Position numbers and translations under genes: made by a program | Assembly: GCA_039545335.1 (NCBI GenBank) | Contig: BCIN01000004.1 | Span: 548,925 to 612,924 of the forward strand | DNA from: Kondoa subrosea | Lineage: Eukaryota | DNA: 64,000 nt | Reading direction: 5' to 3' | Notes under the pieces: generated by a model | The model's input: the letters and a program-made list of their open reading frames with translations, nothing else | What the model was told of the DNA's origin: nothing | Databases searched by the model: none | In this document: positions 1 to 12,782 of the stretch, one piece after another | Layout: every line of letters begins with the position of its first letter | How positions within the stretch are numbered: position 1 is the stretch's first letter

Positions 1-510
1 AAATTACCTGAGCAACCGAATGTAATGAAAATGCTACGGCTAAAGAACGAAAGCGAGCTAGATGCGCTCAAACCTAACTCTTGGGGTATTCCGGAACACG
101 AAACTGATCAAGGAGTGGAAGAAGGTGCGTTTTCTGTTTCTCCATTAGCTGAACAATAGCTGAAGAAGGGTTATGAAAAATGCACAGCTCTCGATGACAT
201 GGATGGACTAGATCTCATGCTCATGCCTGGAGTAGCTTTCGATCGAGCACGTAATCGGCTTGGTCATGGCAAAGGTTAGCTTCAATGCAGACCTGTTATT
301 TATTCGTCTCAATTCCGTTGAACAGGCTACTACGATCGCTATGTTGCACTATTGGAGCAATGGACAGCAGCAAGAGATAAAAAGATGCCTGCTCTAGTTG
401 CTCTAGCGCTGAACGATCAGATAGTAGCAGATGAAATACCTTGCGATTCAACAGATTACAAACCTGATCTTATACTCACGCCAGATGGTCAAATAGCAGG
501 GTTTGGATAG
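1..510 (+). CDS. FAU1: 5-formyltetrahydrofolate cyclo-ligase, 3' part (5' end outside window), 2 introns visible
   Basis: Spliced translation gives LKPNSWGIPE...LDLMLMPGVAFDRARNRLGHGKG|YYDRY...DYKPDLILTPDG, with the family motif PGVAFD..RLGHGKGYYD. Stop TAG at 508-510. Confidence 0.92.
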
Positions 511-548
511 AATATAATGCCAATAATGCAAAAATGCTATGTTGTTTT

Positions 549-3129
549 TCACATGAGTTTGACGCTCCGAGCCAGCTCTAACGTTTCTGGTAACAATTTC
601 AAATTCCGTTCGTATTCTTCAGCAAACTCTGCGTTGAGTCTTTTGGATCGTCGGGTACCGCTTGTAATAGGTCTATACAAAGGTGGAGGTGAAGAACCAT
701 TGATTTTGGATTCAGCCATAACTTTGTCGAAAGCTTCTTGCGCTTCATCGTCTGCTGAGACCATACCGACGATATAAGGTGCGTAGTCCGCTAGGATGGC
801 TGAAGTAGGTAGAAGTGGTGCAGAAAGAGGTAAGAAGCTAGTGATGATCTCCAGTTTACCAAGGAGCGCAGCTCTGTCACAAGCAAATCAGCTCAAAGCC
901 TTCTCAAGAGTACACAAGCTGACCGATCTTCCACCAACTGCTCATCTGCACCTGGTCTCAGCCAGATATGCAATCCTATCTCTTTCTCCGCCAAAGTAAC
1001 AATTTCACCATGCATTTCGTTATCAAGTAAATATTCCGGTAGATCACTACCACATTGATCAGGGTAGACATTGAGATACTGATTCTCCAATTCTTGTTGA
1101 GCTTCTAAAGGAGTAGCATTGCCATCGTATTCCTGTCACAATCTCAGATCCACTTTGAGCCCTCGGCCGGCTAACTTACTAAACGATAGGTTTCGACCCT
1201 TCTAGCGACATAGGCATCGCTCTTGGAACAACTTTCGGCAAAAGCTGCATACGTTTTCAATTCTGAATGAGAGGATATACCATTCGGTTGAGGTGGCAAG
1301 GAGTTTGACAGCACAGAAGGCGATTTGCACCAAAATTGCAGAGTAGTGAGAGAACGACGTAAATCAGGATAAGAAGGTGCTTGGGTAATAAGTGATGCAG
1401 GTGGGTAGATAGAAATGCCTGAAGGTGGATGATAAGTTGGTATTCGGTACAATTCAGTTGCATAGAGTTTGCGGAGAGCATCTTCGGACAGTGAATGACC
1501 TTCTGCTGAAGCGACTGCTTGTAAATAAGGTAAGACTTCGCTTTCTTCCGCTGCGGCGAAGGTTAAGGTTGTTTGCAGAGCTAGACGATCAAAGGGAATC
1601 TTCTTTGGATCTGCGTAATTCTTTAGACCTTGACATATACAGACATAAGCAGTAAAGTCGACATACCATTGCAAGTCAAGACCACGGGACGTAAGGAATT
1701 CGCGACGATGTGTACTACTCCGTCCCAGAATGAAGCAGCAGATTTGTCATCTTGGAAGAGAATATCAACTTCTTCCAGCAAGATCAACGACTGAGACACT
1801 TCCTTTGCGGGTGCTTTGCTGTGTTCTTTCTCTTTGTCAACTTGCTTCGCTTTGCCCTTTCCCTTACTACCAGCCGCAATTGATTCATTCTCCTGTACTT
1901 TAGGTTTCGAGCCAAAGAAAGCGGCCATGGGAGTTTTGCCTTTTGGACTTCCAACAGAACCCATTGGACCTGATTTCCCAGATTTCCAAACCAAGTGATT
2001 CTTGCCTACTTCCCCTACAGCTTGAATCAAATCTTTGTAACTTCTTTTCCCATGACCAGGAGAAACTTCAAAGACCTCGAAACCTAATTCTTCAGCAACA
2101 GCATAGACCGTAGAAGTTTTGCCTGATCCTGATGGACCAGTAAGGAGGATCAGATTAGTGAGAGAGTCAAATTGACTTGGAAGAGTAAATTGAGAAGCTT
2201 CTTCAGAATGAGCTGGAGCAGGTCGAATATCATCATCTGAATCGTCGTCCACTATGAAATCGTCCAATTCATCATCTGAGTCAAAACGTTTGCGCTTCTT
2301 CTTCGCTGGGTCAATCTTCCGCGTCACAAAACGTTTAGTGAATGCATCATCTAGTTCTCAACAGGATGAATTTTCTTGAGATATTGTACAGCGCGCCAGA
2401 CTGACCAGAATCAGGTCGTCTTAAGGCAAGCTCTTTCACCCAGTTCCTGAGAGTCTGTGCGCTGGCTCTACTTGTACTACCTAGTACTTCTTCAGCTGAA
2501 TGAGGTGCATACTTGATAGTCCACATTTCGCGGTTCCCTTCATTCGGTGAGCGAGTATTTCGAATACGCTGAGTCAGAGGATGCGAAGATTTGAGTTCCT
2601 GGAGTACTTCAGGTGGAGGTAAAGCAGAAGTCGACCGAAGAGAAGATTGAATCATTTGATGTACTGTGCCAGATCTTTCAATGTAGCCCGAATCGATTCT
2701 TGCTCTCTTCCGCGGAGGGCGTATTGTTAGACCCAGCCTATCCGAAGTTGTGCAATCTACTTTGCCAAAAGACTGTGATTCGCCTCTGACATGCTGGTTC
2801 TGTGCAGTTGGCCAACTAGCTTCATGGCCTTGTTGATAAACAGCCTTCCTCTTACGTTCTTCTTTGCGCAGTGCATCAAATTCAGCTAAAGTCGTAGGTC
2901 TGGCTTTGACTGGGGAATCGGTGAGAACGATAGGTGAATCTTTCGTAGCTTTCGCAGGTTGCTTGACAGAAGGACGAGGAGCAAAGAACGAAGAAGCAGG
3001 AGGTACAACAGCTACCATACTCGGTGCGTTGCCATTGCTAGCAGCTTTCTTGGATTTCTTTCTTGCTGGCTTGGGTTGTGCTTCCACATCAGAGCTGGCA
3101 TCAACTTTTGTACGTGATGCACGCGTCAT
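549..3129 (-). CDS. ELG1: Elg1/ATAD5-type RFC-like AAA+ clamp unloader, multi-exon (an extra upstream exon is possible)
   Basis: Motifs MWTIKYAP, Walker A LLTGPSGSGKT, VYAVAEELGFEVFEV, Elg1-type Walker B LILLEEVDILF, LRPVVLTCN and DLRRSLTTLQFWC. Confidence 0.85.
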
Positions 3130-3595
3130 AGTGAACTGAGCAGAGATTGGATAGGCCAGAACGGGTCAGCTTGAAGTCATTGTCATTAAAAGAGTGTTGT
3201 CTCAAAACGAGCATGAGCCAATTGGCCAGATTTGCGCTCGCTTCGTGCAGGCAACAGTTCAGACGATCCGCACTGCTGTTGTACGATCTTCTGAGGTGTT
3301 GAGCTGGCTGTGTGAAGCTCAGATTCTCCGATCGCTTCATTCAAAATTGGCAGTTTGCTCAGGTCGAATCGATGCTTTTGATTACTGCCATCCTCTTCTT
3401 CTGTTCGACTCGCAAGATGTATACATCTGAGCCAGCCAAACATTACATCTTCTCCTTCCGTTTTCCCTTTGTTCCGTATTTCTTCTTTCGCAAAGACTCG
3501 AATCAGGTTGTTCGTCTGTCTTTTGCTCGCTCGTTCAGGGAACGGCGATTCGTACTGCTGTCTCCTGCTGCTTAGAAATGCGGCTCTTTAAAGCA

Positions 3596-4983
3596 ATGTC
3601 ATCTGGTCCGCGATTCGTGCGTAAACGCGTCCTACAAGCAAGACAAGATAATTCTCCTCCAGTCAAGCCTACAGATGGTCAACCTGCTAATTCGGCAGAC
3701 TCAACGCCTAAGGATGACAAGTCAGCAGCGAACAGCTCTTCATCTGGTTAGTTTGATGTTTGCCGAAGGCATCTTCCTGCTCAAACTAAATGGCTTCTTT
3801 GTAGCATCATCGTCGTCTACTAGTAGTCCAACACCCTCACCTCCAGCAAAAGATACTTCAGCTTCTTCTGCTCAGTCGTCTTCTACCACCGACTCTAAAA
3901 CAATTCTTACTGCCAAGCAAGAACCAACTATTACTATTCCAGCTATTCTCCAAACTCCAGGACCGAAGAACCATGATACGGCTGAACTCAGTATGCTCTT
4001 ATCAATTGGAACATCCTTGCACCAAGCCGCTGCTTCTTACGATAGTCAAGGATTCAAGACCGCTGCTGGTCAATACAATGAATGGGCAGCTTCAATCGAT
4101 TCATCCATCGTGGCAGTTGAACAGTTTCTGAAGACTTCTACTCCTGATCAAGCTAATGATAGTCAAACTACCTCTACTATGAAGAGACCAGACCCAACCA
4201 CAGCCCAGACTGACGATTATGTCTCTACTGTCACTGTTCCCAGCAAAGAGACCCTTCAAGCGGATGCCAAGGATAATGATGGGTATGTTATACAGATTTC
4301 GGAAATAGAAGGCGGACTCTGATCTGTCATATCGTAGGTTTAAGCTACCTTTTTCAACTGGAGCTGCTGTTGGAATCGGTTTAGGCGTTCTAGCTGCCAT
4401 AATTGTATGTCAACAATGAATCTTGACATTTCAAAGCTAACAAGTATAATAGCTTATCATTCTTGCCGTTTGGCGACCCTGCTGCAGAAGACACGGTAGA
4501 GGCGAAGATAAACGTATGAAGCCTCCCAAGACCATTAAAGAGATGCTATACGAGAACGATGTACCTATTGCGCAACCTCGCTCTCCCGCTCGTCCTCATC
4601 AAAACAACTTGGCTCCGCCTCAAACTGCTGCTTTCATGCAAAATCCTTCTGCTCCTTTGGCTCCTGCTCCGATTCAAAACTCTCCCCAACCTCCCACCAG
4701 TGGTGCAGCCGGTATTGGAGCAAGATCGAGATTCGCTACTGCTTTCCGTAAAATCACTGGATCGAGTGCACCCGAACAAAGCATGTATGGAGAAGTAGTC
4801 GATTTGCCGTCCGTTCAATCCAGTCAGGCAAGTCTTCTGGATTCCTCAGCTAGACCCTCAACAGTCCAGTCAGGTCGAACAAGCAACAATAGTCAAGGAA
4901 GATCATCTGGAGTTCCAGTTTCAGCTGTCAATACCAACAAGCTTTCCAATCCTTATGCTTCTCCGGATAGTGCATTCATTTAA
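3596..4983 (+). CDS. Ser/Thr-rich single-pass membrane protein (cell-surface sensor-like architecture), spliced
   Basis: ATG 3596 (MSSGPRFVRK), then an S/T-rich exon. The TM segment FSTGAAVGIGLGVLAAII|LIILAVW is split by an intron and followed by RPCCRRHGR and a P/S-rich tail. Stop at 4983. Confidence 0.6.
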
Positions 4984-5261
4984 ATACCCTGGTTCAGGAT
5001 CATATACGCTCGTTATTGCGCTTTTTGTTATACTGTCGCTTAAATGTTTACATATGATATGCTTTGCGTGGCTTTCCTATTCAGCCTCTTCAACTTTTTT
5101 CTTGAGCCTTCAGCAGTAGTGGCAGCTCGTCTCGAAGGCCGCTTCGAGTTTTCCCTTTGTCTCTTGTTTTGTCACTTGCTCTAATTTGGCTGGTCTGCTT
5201 CTTCTCGACAGTCTTCTATCTACTTCTCGTTCTTTGACGATCATGCAACCCATGATCTGAG

Positions 5262-6973
5262 ATGGAACGTCGTCAACGCGAATATGGTCAACCTGGACAA
5301 CTTGCGCAACTTCTCTCGACATGTCTTTTCGATGAGCAATCCCCAGAGCAGCTACAGCAATGCATCCTTACCGTGACTCTATGGGGCGGCGATAGAGGAA
5401 GACCCACTCCCACAGCGACGCAGACCGTGACAGCAACCGATCCGAATCAAGTGGTTGCACTTTTCAATGCGGCAAAAGTACCAATAACAGCTTGTATGCA
5501 AGTTTCGATCGCCTTCTTAATAAGTAGCTGATATGATGTCTAGCTCCTCCTTACCCTATAACGCCGCCAGCTGTTGTACAATTTCCAGCGGAACAGGTAC
5601 GTCGAGTGTCTCCCTTTGTTCTATTGCTTGATTTGATTTGGGTGTACTCAGCCTTATTCTCCAGCGGATCGTCAATCTGTTGTTGATGCTATTGCTTCGC
5701 TTCGAAATCAAGGTAAGCAACTTTATGATCAACAATTCTACATGGCAGCCAGTCAAGTTGCACGCTACTTGGATGATTTGGAGAAGTCGCAGACTATGCT
5801 TGATGCCGCTTTACAAACTCAAGTCCCTATCAATTCTGCTCCTCCTGGTCAAGTCCCGCCAGCAAAAGATAAAGGAAGAAATGGCAATCAATCTAGCAAT
5901 GAGCCTCCGCCGCCGACATCTTTCAGCACACCGCATGTAGTTCCTCCGCCTGTTCCTACGTCTATTTCCTCTTCAGGAACACCACCAGATCCTGATCTAG
6001 TCACTTCAATCGTATTCGATACCATAGTGTCCACTCGTACTCGCTCAAGACAATCGCCGTCTGTTCCTACTGATTTATCTTCGATATCTGATCTGATTTC
6101 AGACATCAACCTCACGAATAGCGGCATCGAGACCTCATCAGATTCTTTCGCTGATCCACTATTACATACATCTTCCTCGCGTTTCGCTCGGTCGGATTCT
6201 ACTGGGCTATCATCAGCTTCGCGCTCCGTTTTATCTTCCCGCAGCGTCTCGGGCGATAGCTCAAATTCCGAAACGGCCCTCAATGACGGGGCAGCAAGCA
6301 GGTGAGAGGTTCGTCTGGATCGAGGAATCACGATTGAATGCCTTACAGCTCGTCTGGTCTCTCTTTGCCTATAATAATAGGTATAGCTGCTGGTGCTGGT
6401 ATATTAGTGATAGCATGTAGGTCCTTCGCTGGTGGATATGGACCTTAGCTTATGATCCGTCCAGTGGTCATACTTATCTGTTGCATCCGCAAGAGACGGA
6501 AACAACGTGAAGAAGAAGATGCTGAAGCTTACGAAGGCATCGCTTGGGATAAAGCAGAATCTCACCAGGATGTGGACAATGTCCATCCAGAATACTATGA
6601 GCAACAATCTGCTTATAATCAACCACAGAATTACCGGAATCCAGCATCTACCGCGACTACTGGCTATCAAAACGCTGCCAGAACATCAATTGGCTCCGAT
6701 ACTGCTTACGACAAGCAGACTGTAGCGCCCACAAATGCACCTTCTCGATTTGCAGCTCAATCTCCCTACACTCAAAGTATCAAGACGGACGGAGCTGAAG
6801 TGGTAACCACTGGTGCTAGATCTACAACGGGCCGATCAACGCTTGCTCCGCCAAGAGCTACGACAGCTCGCTCATACTCGCCAACTGGATCGCAAGCTTC
6901 TCGCAGATTTTCTGGCAATTCCACCACTTTATATGGACAAGGAAGAGGAGGTGCTACATCTGCCATCGTTTGA
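5262..6973 (+). CDS. Ser/Thr/Pro-rich single-pass membrane protein, spliced
   Basis: Exons with GT-AG introns and an S/T-rich region. TM segment LSLPIIIGIAAGAGILVIA|LVILICC followed by IRKRRK and a low-complexity tail. Start codon uncertain. Confidence 0.6.
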
Positions 6974-7103
6974 AACGTCGTCATGTCGCATCTCGCTTGC
7001 ATATAACATAGGCGATTGTCTAGTCGATCTGTAAAGTATGAGCAGAATCTCACACACGTATAAAGACGCGCACTCTCTATACTGGTCTAATCCAATCGAA
7101 TTT

Positions 7104-7737
7104 TCATAGATCTTTGCGAAAGAAAACATTCGCCTGGGAGTGGACCATTAGCGAGAGTACTTCGTGTGTGAAGTACTGATGTTCACCTGAGGATTGCCTT
7201 CGTAGTATCGGTCAATGTCCGCATATCCTCTTCTCCGATAGAGTTTACACGCTGCAACGAGGCCCTGGTGACTGTCAAGGTAAATCGATTTGACTTTATT
7301 GTCCTTAGCCCAAGTTTCTGCAGCGTCCATCAGCTTGTCGGCGAGCGCTTTCCCTCTTTCGAAGTGAATAGATCAGTCACTGAATAATATCTTGCGATAC
7401 TTGACGAACCTATACTCTGGCCGCACGTATAAGCGCTTGCATTCTTTCGCTTCGGGATACCCAGTCAGCGGTCGCAGTATAACTATTCCAGCCGGCCTCT
7501 GCTCAACATATATGATCCAGGTTGCTGAATCTGAGTCGGTCCAACAGCGCGCTGTCTTTTCCCTCGAATCGCGCTACAACAAATAGATGCGAAATATAAG
7601 AAGAGGGAAACCGGCGCCTAGATCATACTGCTGATTACCTGGTAAATGGACAGAGATTCATAGTACTCTTCTATCAATTGATGTGCTGCTACCGCCAGCG
7701 AAGAGTCCACGAGTTGAAGATGTAGAGAATCGGACAT
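7104..7737 (-). CDS. GNAT-family acetyltransferase, copy 1 (3 introns)
   Basis: MSDSLHLQLV...IEEYYESLSIYQ|RDSREKTARCW...ECKRLYVRPEYR|GKALADKLMDAAE...IYLDSHQGLVAACKLYRRRGY...NPQ|ANVFFRKDL*. GNAT motifs A and B are present. Confidence 0.88.
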
Positions 7738-8339
7738 GGCAAGCGAAAATACTGCAAGAGACAGAAGAGAGACTCGACTGAGCCAGAAGCAGACCGAATA
7801 CGGAGAGCGCTGGAGAACAAAACAAGCAGCTATACGGCCGGTGATCCGGTAGACCTCTGAATAGCCGCAAGAAAGTCAACGTTCTTAACAGGAAGAAGGT
7901 GCTTAGTCAGCGGCTCATACAAGGGCAAGAGCTGTGAAAAGCTCAGGTCTAGGCAGTCTCTGATTCGCAGTTTCTAGCGACTATGTACAAGCTACAAGCG
8001 AAAGCCGAAGTAGCTTTTGCCAGTTCTTTAACGCTCGAAGTATCTCGACCTGCGGTGTGGGCACTGTCGAAGCTAGGCAGCGACAAGTCTGATCAAGGAA
8101 AAGCAAAGGTTTGAAAGTCGTCTTGTCTTCATCTCACAGCTCTGAAAAGTACTCGTACTGAATCTCATGCATCGACTGATTTTGCCAAGCCTATCGATGA
8201 TCAACCGATCAAGCTAAAGACATGCACATTTATGCTTGTATACTCATCTGTACCGTCAATGAACATAGGCTTTCGAAATGAGACAAGAAGTATAAGCGTA
8301 CTCTCTATAAATCCAATATCTCTGACTAGTCAATTCTCT

Positions 8340-9040
8340 TCATACGTTTATCGTTTTGCGAAAGAATACTGTTGCCTGTATTGTAGTATAAGATTTGACT
8401 AAAGTAGAGCATTGAATGAATTACAGCGGGATTGTTTTCGCAATATCGTGGGATATCTGAGTATCCTCTCTTGCGATAAAACTTGCAAGCCGCTTCGAGT
8501 CGATCATGACTTAGACGATACTATTAGTGAACATCTTACATGCTGTTCGAATGTCGAGCCTACCAATCGAGATAGATGACCGCAACTTGATTTGCTCGAG
8601 CCCAATCTTCCGCAGCATCCATTAAATCATCAGCGAGCCCTTTACACCTTTGTGTTTGAAACAACATGAGGCATCGAGCGATGGTTTGTAATACTGGACG
8701 AACCTGTATCCTGGCTTCACGTATAACCGCTTGCACTCTTTCGCTCTTTCAAAACCTTTCACAGGCATAGGTCGAAGAATAACTATTCCAGCTGGTTCAC
8801 CATTACAGTGAACGATCCAGGTTGCAGAATCCGAATCAGTCCAACATCGAGCCGTTTTCTCTCTTGAATCTCGCTATACCAGTAAAAAGAAACACAGGAT
8901 ATCAGAAACTGCAGAGTTCAAGTAAAGATGAAGTCCACCTGTGTAATTGAAAGAGCTTCATAATATTCTTCAATCAATTTGTGAGCTGCTTCAGCCAGCG
9001 AGAGGTTCACAAGATCCACGCGAGTAGATTCATTAGACAT
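8340..9040 (-). CDS. GNAT-family acetyltransferase, copy 2 (4 introns; absent from ORF track)
   Basis: MSNESTRVDLV...IEEYYEALSITQ|RDSREKTARCWTDSDSATWI...ECKRLYVKPGYR|CKGLADDLMDAAEDW...IYLDC|HDRLEAACKFYRKRGY...NNPA|ATVFFRKTINV*. Confidence 0.88.
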
Positions 9041-9310
9041 GAGAAGAGGAAGAAAGAGTAGATACAGAGTTGTCAAATTTTGCTAGGCTGTCAACCCGCT
9101 AAAAGGGGAACGAAGCAAACACAAGGACGCGAGAAGGCAGGCCAATTGGAAAGAGATCATGAGCAATACCTGGTAGCACTGCCAGTTACATGACATGCGA
9201 GTCTATGGCAGTGCGGACCGACGACATACGAGTGAACATGCATATACAAACAGAAAACGTACAAAGCTATTGTACATACAAACATGAACGACGACCAACG
9301 TGAATCAGCT

Positions 9311-9958
9311 TCATAGCAAGCCATCTAAAACTTCTCCATGTACTTCGATTTCCGGTGTGGGGTCGAACAGACTGCACAACGAGGTCAATCTAGCATGAGA
9401 GGCAACAGTATAAGCACTTACTGTGTATCTGTCACTCTCAAGCCGCTTAGTTGATGCACAGCTTGTTTCGCTTGCACGCTTTTGTGGTGATACTTCTACT
9501 TCCTGGAATCAGCTTTGAACTTAAGGATATACGTGAAAGGCCTACTCTATGTTTCGCGCTTTCCATCTCATCGTAACCCAAAGACCCAAAGACCTATTAT
9601 CTCGTATGAGCACTTCGCCTGGAATGCATCTTCTTGTAAACAGGTAACTGACTATACTGAGAGTTGTCCATATAGCGAAACCATAAAACAAAGCAGACCA
9701 AAACCTGCTCAAAGCTCTCCTATCCGCTTCTTTCAGACTTGAAGGCGAGAAGGGATCGTTGTACACTGGATACAGTTCTGGTCGATAAGAAGGACCAGCA
9801 GCGAAAGAAACATGTTGTTGCTGTTGTTGTTGAGGGACTTGTGAAGGACCAGCTATCAACCTAAGTGTGAGAAGATGGGCATGGGATGAGGCAATGCGAT
9901 ATTGCTTGCCTTCTAAGTCTGCTTGATTGTATACAGGGGCTTGTTTCTTGCTGTCCAT
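9311..9958 (-). CDS. Small hypothetical membrane protein, spliced
   Basis: Q-rich N-terminus and hydrophobic segment RALSRFWSALFYGFAIWTTLSIVSYLF. Further small exons end ...EVLDGLL* at 9311. Confidence 0.55.
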
Positions 9959-10333
9959 TGGTGTACCTTTATCAGTGGTGAGAGCTTAAGTAATAAGTGG
10001 TCGGTGCAGATCAAAAGGTGTCGGCCAAGCAATGACACATTGCCGACCAGAGCGAGCGTAACAAGAAGGATCTTCCATCGTTAGGTGACATTGCCATAGA
10101 GCTGAAACAGGTCACAAAGTCCACTGAATGCATGCATTCCAGCGCAAAGCAACAATTAAATGAGATCCATAGAAGTAAGTAGAATACACTGTTCCGCCTT
10201 TTACAGTTCAAGATAGTTCAGCACTCGATGCGCAGCAATATGGTAATTCCAAGCAAGAGCGACCTGCTAAGACAAAAGCACATTGATCAGTAAAGCTCAA
10301 TTGATCATTTAAAGCAGACTAACCACTAAGCAA

Positions 10334-10912
10334 TCAAGTACTCTCAGCTTTCTTCTTCAAAGCCTCATTGAACCTGCTGAATCCCTGTGCCGTCTTTTCC
10401 ATTCCACCCATATACCAAATGATCGGAGCAAACAACAAACCACCAAACTCTTCACGCTGAACGAACAAAGTTTGACCATTACCGTGATCTTCTAGCAAAA
10501 AGAAATGTCTTCCATTGAATAAACCAGGTAGCGACCCTTCCCATGAAAAACCTTTGCCGTCTGAATGCATGATTTTCCCATTGAACGTATTACCGGAACC
10601 CAGAGTGACTTGAACTTGTTCTCCTACTTGAAGATTACCTTGAACTGATTGGAAAGATGGTGACCATTGAGAATAAGAAGGAAATTCAGTTAAGATGGAT
10701 AGGATTTTGGCAAGAGGTGCATTGATGAGGATGGAAGTTTGGACAGTTCGTGCGGGATTGTGTGAAGCGTTTGCGGCTGTAGGCAGATTAAACTTCAGCG
10801 ACAACAAGAATAACTTGCGAAGAGCTACATACGAGCAGGAACAATACTGTCAAAGCCATGTCAGGTCTTACGTAAACATTGGAACAATTCAGACTAACCT
10901 ATTGATGTCCAT
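10334..10912 (-). CDS. SRPBCC/polyketide-cyclase-like (START fold) protein
   Basis: Spliced start MDINS|IVPAP|ANASHNPARTVQTSILINAP...LTEFPSYSQWSP...FSWEGSLPGLFNGRHFFLLED...EEFGG...FNEALKKKAE. Includes a 14-nt micro-exon. Confidence 0.8.
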
Positions 10913-11284
10913 TGTCAAATGAATCTGACTAGAGTATGTTTGCGAAGTGCAAGATGATGCAGGACAAGATTACTCTAGACTTCCTTATGAACACTTCGCG
11001 GCCGTATTACAAAACCGAAACTTGCGAAACCCGTCCGTCGCAAAAGAGATGCGGACGTCGCTTCGGTCGGAGGATCAATAGGAAAGAGAATAGAAAGCGG
11101 GACCGAGTTACGCAAAGGCCAAACGAGGGAAGAAAGAAAGCGAGGTTTGTTCTGATTCAATGCATTGCGCAAGCAACTGCTTCCGGATTGTAGCAGGAGG
11201 AGCTCTAATGGATGCTTTGAGCACACACTACAGCCTTTGATGGCATGTGGGCCTGTCGACGTTCGCAATAAGATGTTTTTGGAC

Positions 11285-12782
11285 ATGACCGACGATGTGC
11301 TCGATAGCTTTTGGGACAAGGCGAAGCGAGACAACGCACAGCGGATATCCCAGATCAAAGCAGAGATACCAAACTATGCAGGCAGGCCACTCAGAGTCGC
11401 ACGAGTCACCCAAGCAGATGCACAATTGCTCGATAACGAACTGGAGAACATCCTGCTAGACCCAATCACTAAAGCTCTCCAGCTGCTAAGAGTATGCAAG
11501 GGTCCTCGAATCGCAAGCATTGTGTGCTGAAGTGTAGTGAATAGGACCCTTCTACTTTCCTGCCTGAACTATCTGCTTTACTTCGATTCAGTTTATTGGC
11601 TATAGCGTTACAGCAATCAGGAGCATCCTATGGATCTCGACTGCAGAATTTAGTCTATCGAGATGAATGGGCCATGTCAGCTATGCGTTCGTCTTTCATG
11701 CTTACCCCGCGCTCTCATGTGATCGGTTATTGATCTACTAATAGATCCAGCCTCCACTAGCAAATCTATACCTCCAATAAGTAGATATGCTCTCTATGCA
11801 ACGCTTATGGTACTACCGGGTTACATACATACCAAAATGCGTGATTTCATGCTTTCACGTGGTTGGAGCGATTATCCAGATCCAAGAAATACTTTCGCTC
11901 TTTTCTCTCCCTTTCGAAGTGGTTCGAGTGATACGAGAGATTTAGAAAGACGGAAGAGGGAAAGGAAAAGATGGGCCTGGGAAACTTGGAACGCTTTGGA
12001 GAAAGTTTGGGCTGTTGGCAAATTGGTCAACTTCTTGGTTTTTCTTCATGATGGGAAGTATGTCAGACTTGCTTCTTCAGCTTATGATTTTATACTGACT
12101 GCATGCTTTCAGATTCCGAACACTCATTGATCGAATGCTTGGCTTGCGATTAGTCTATAGGCAAAGATCTTTTGCTCGACAAGTCAGCTTCGAGTTTCTC
12201 AATCGACAGCTGGTCTGGGAAGCCTTCACGGTCAGTCGAATCTCGCTGTGTTTACATGATACTAATATTTAGATGCAGGAATTCCTCTTATTCATCTTAC
12301 CGCTCATCAATCTTCGTCGTTTCCGCTTACAAGCGTCTCGCTACATTTCCAAATCACCTCTTGTCTCTTACCTCCCTTCCATTCTTCAACCTACATCCAA
12401 CTCGACTTCAACCCAATCCAAAGGTCTCTTATCGCACCTCAATCATCTGACCTGTCCATTATGTTTCTCCCGAACTACAGCACGGACTTCACCTAATTTA
12501 GCAAACGATGCAGATCCAACAGATCCAACAACAGCCATGTTTGGTAACTTTGGTGCAAACGTAACTGAAGCAGAATCATTATTGAAACTACCTTATCAAG
12601 TAGATTGTTGTGGTGGTAGGTATTGCTATTATTGTATTGTTGGTCAATTGGCACAATGGGAAGAAGAAACTCTTGGTTTGGATGGAGGTTGGCAATGTGT
12701 TCGATGTGGGAAAGAAGTTTTTGAGGTTAAGAGGGTCATGAAAGAGGAAGAAAAGGAGATGGATGTGAATGTAGATGTGTGA
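11285..12782 (+). CDS. PEX2: Peroxin-2 RING-finger peroxisome biogenesis protein
   Basis: RVARVTQADAQLLDNEL, GASYGSRLQNL, NFLVFLHDGK, RQVSFEFLNRQLVWEAFT|EFLLFILPLIN, and a C-terminal CPLC...CCGGRYCYYC...CVRC RING. Confidence 0.92.

Noticed and set aside
3625..3630. ACGCGT as an MCB element for ELG1
   Set aside because: It falls inside the predicted first exon of the opposite-strand gene, and a single 6-mer is weak evidence.
12450..12720. Atypical PEX2 RING with long insert and no His ligand
   Set aside because: Divergent ligand spacing is usual for Pex2 RINGs, so this is not evidence of novelty.
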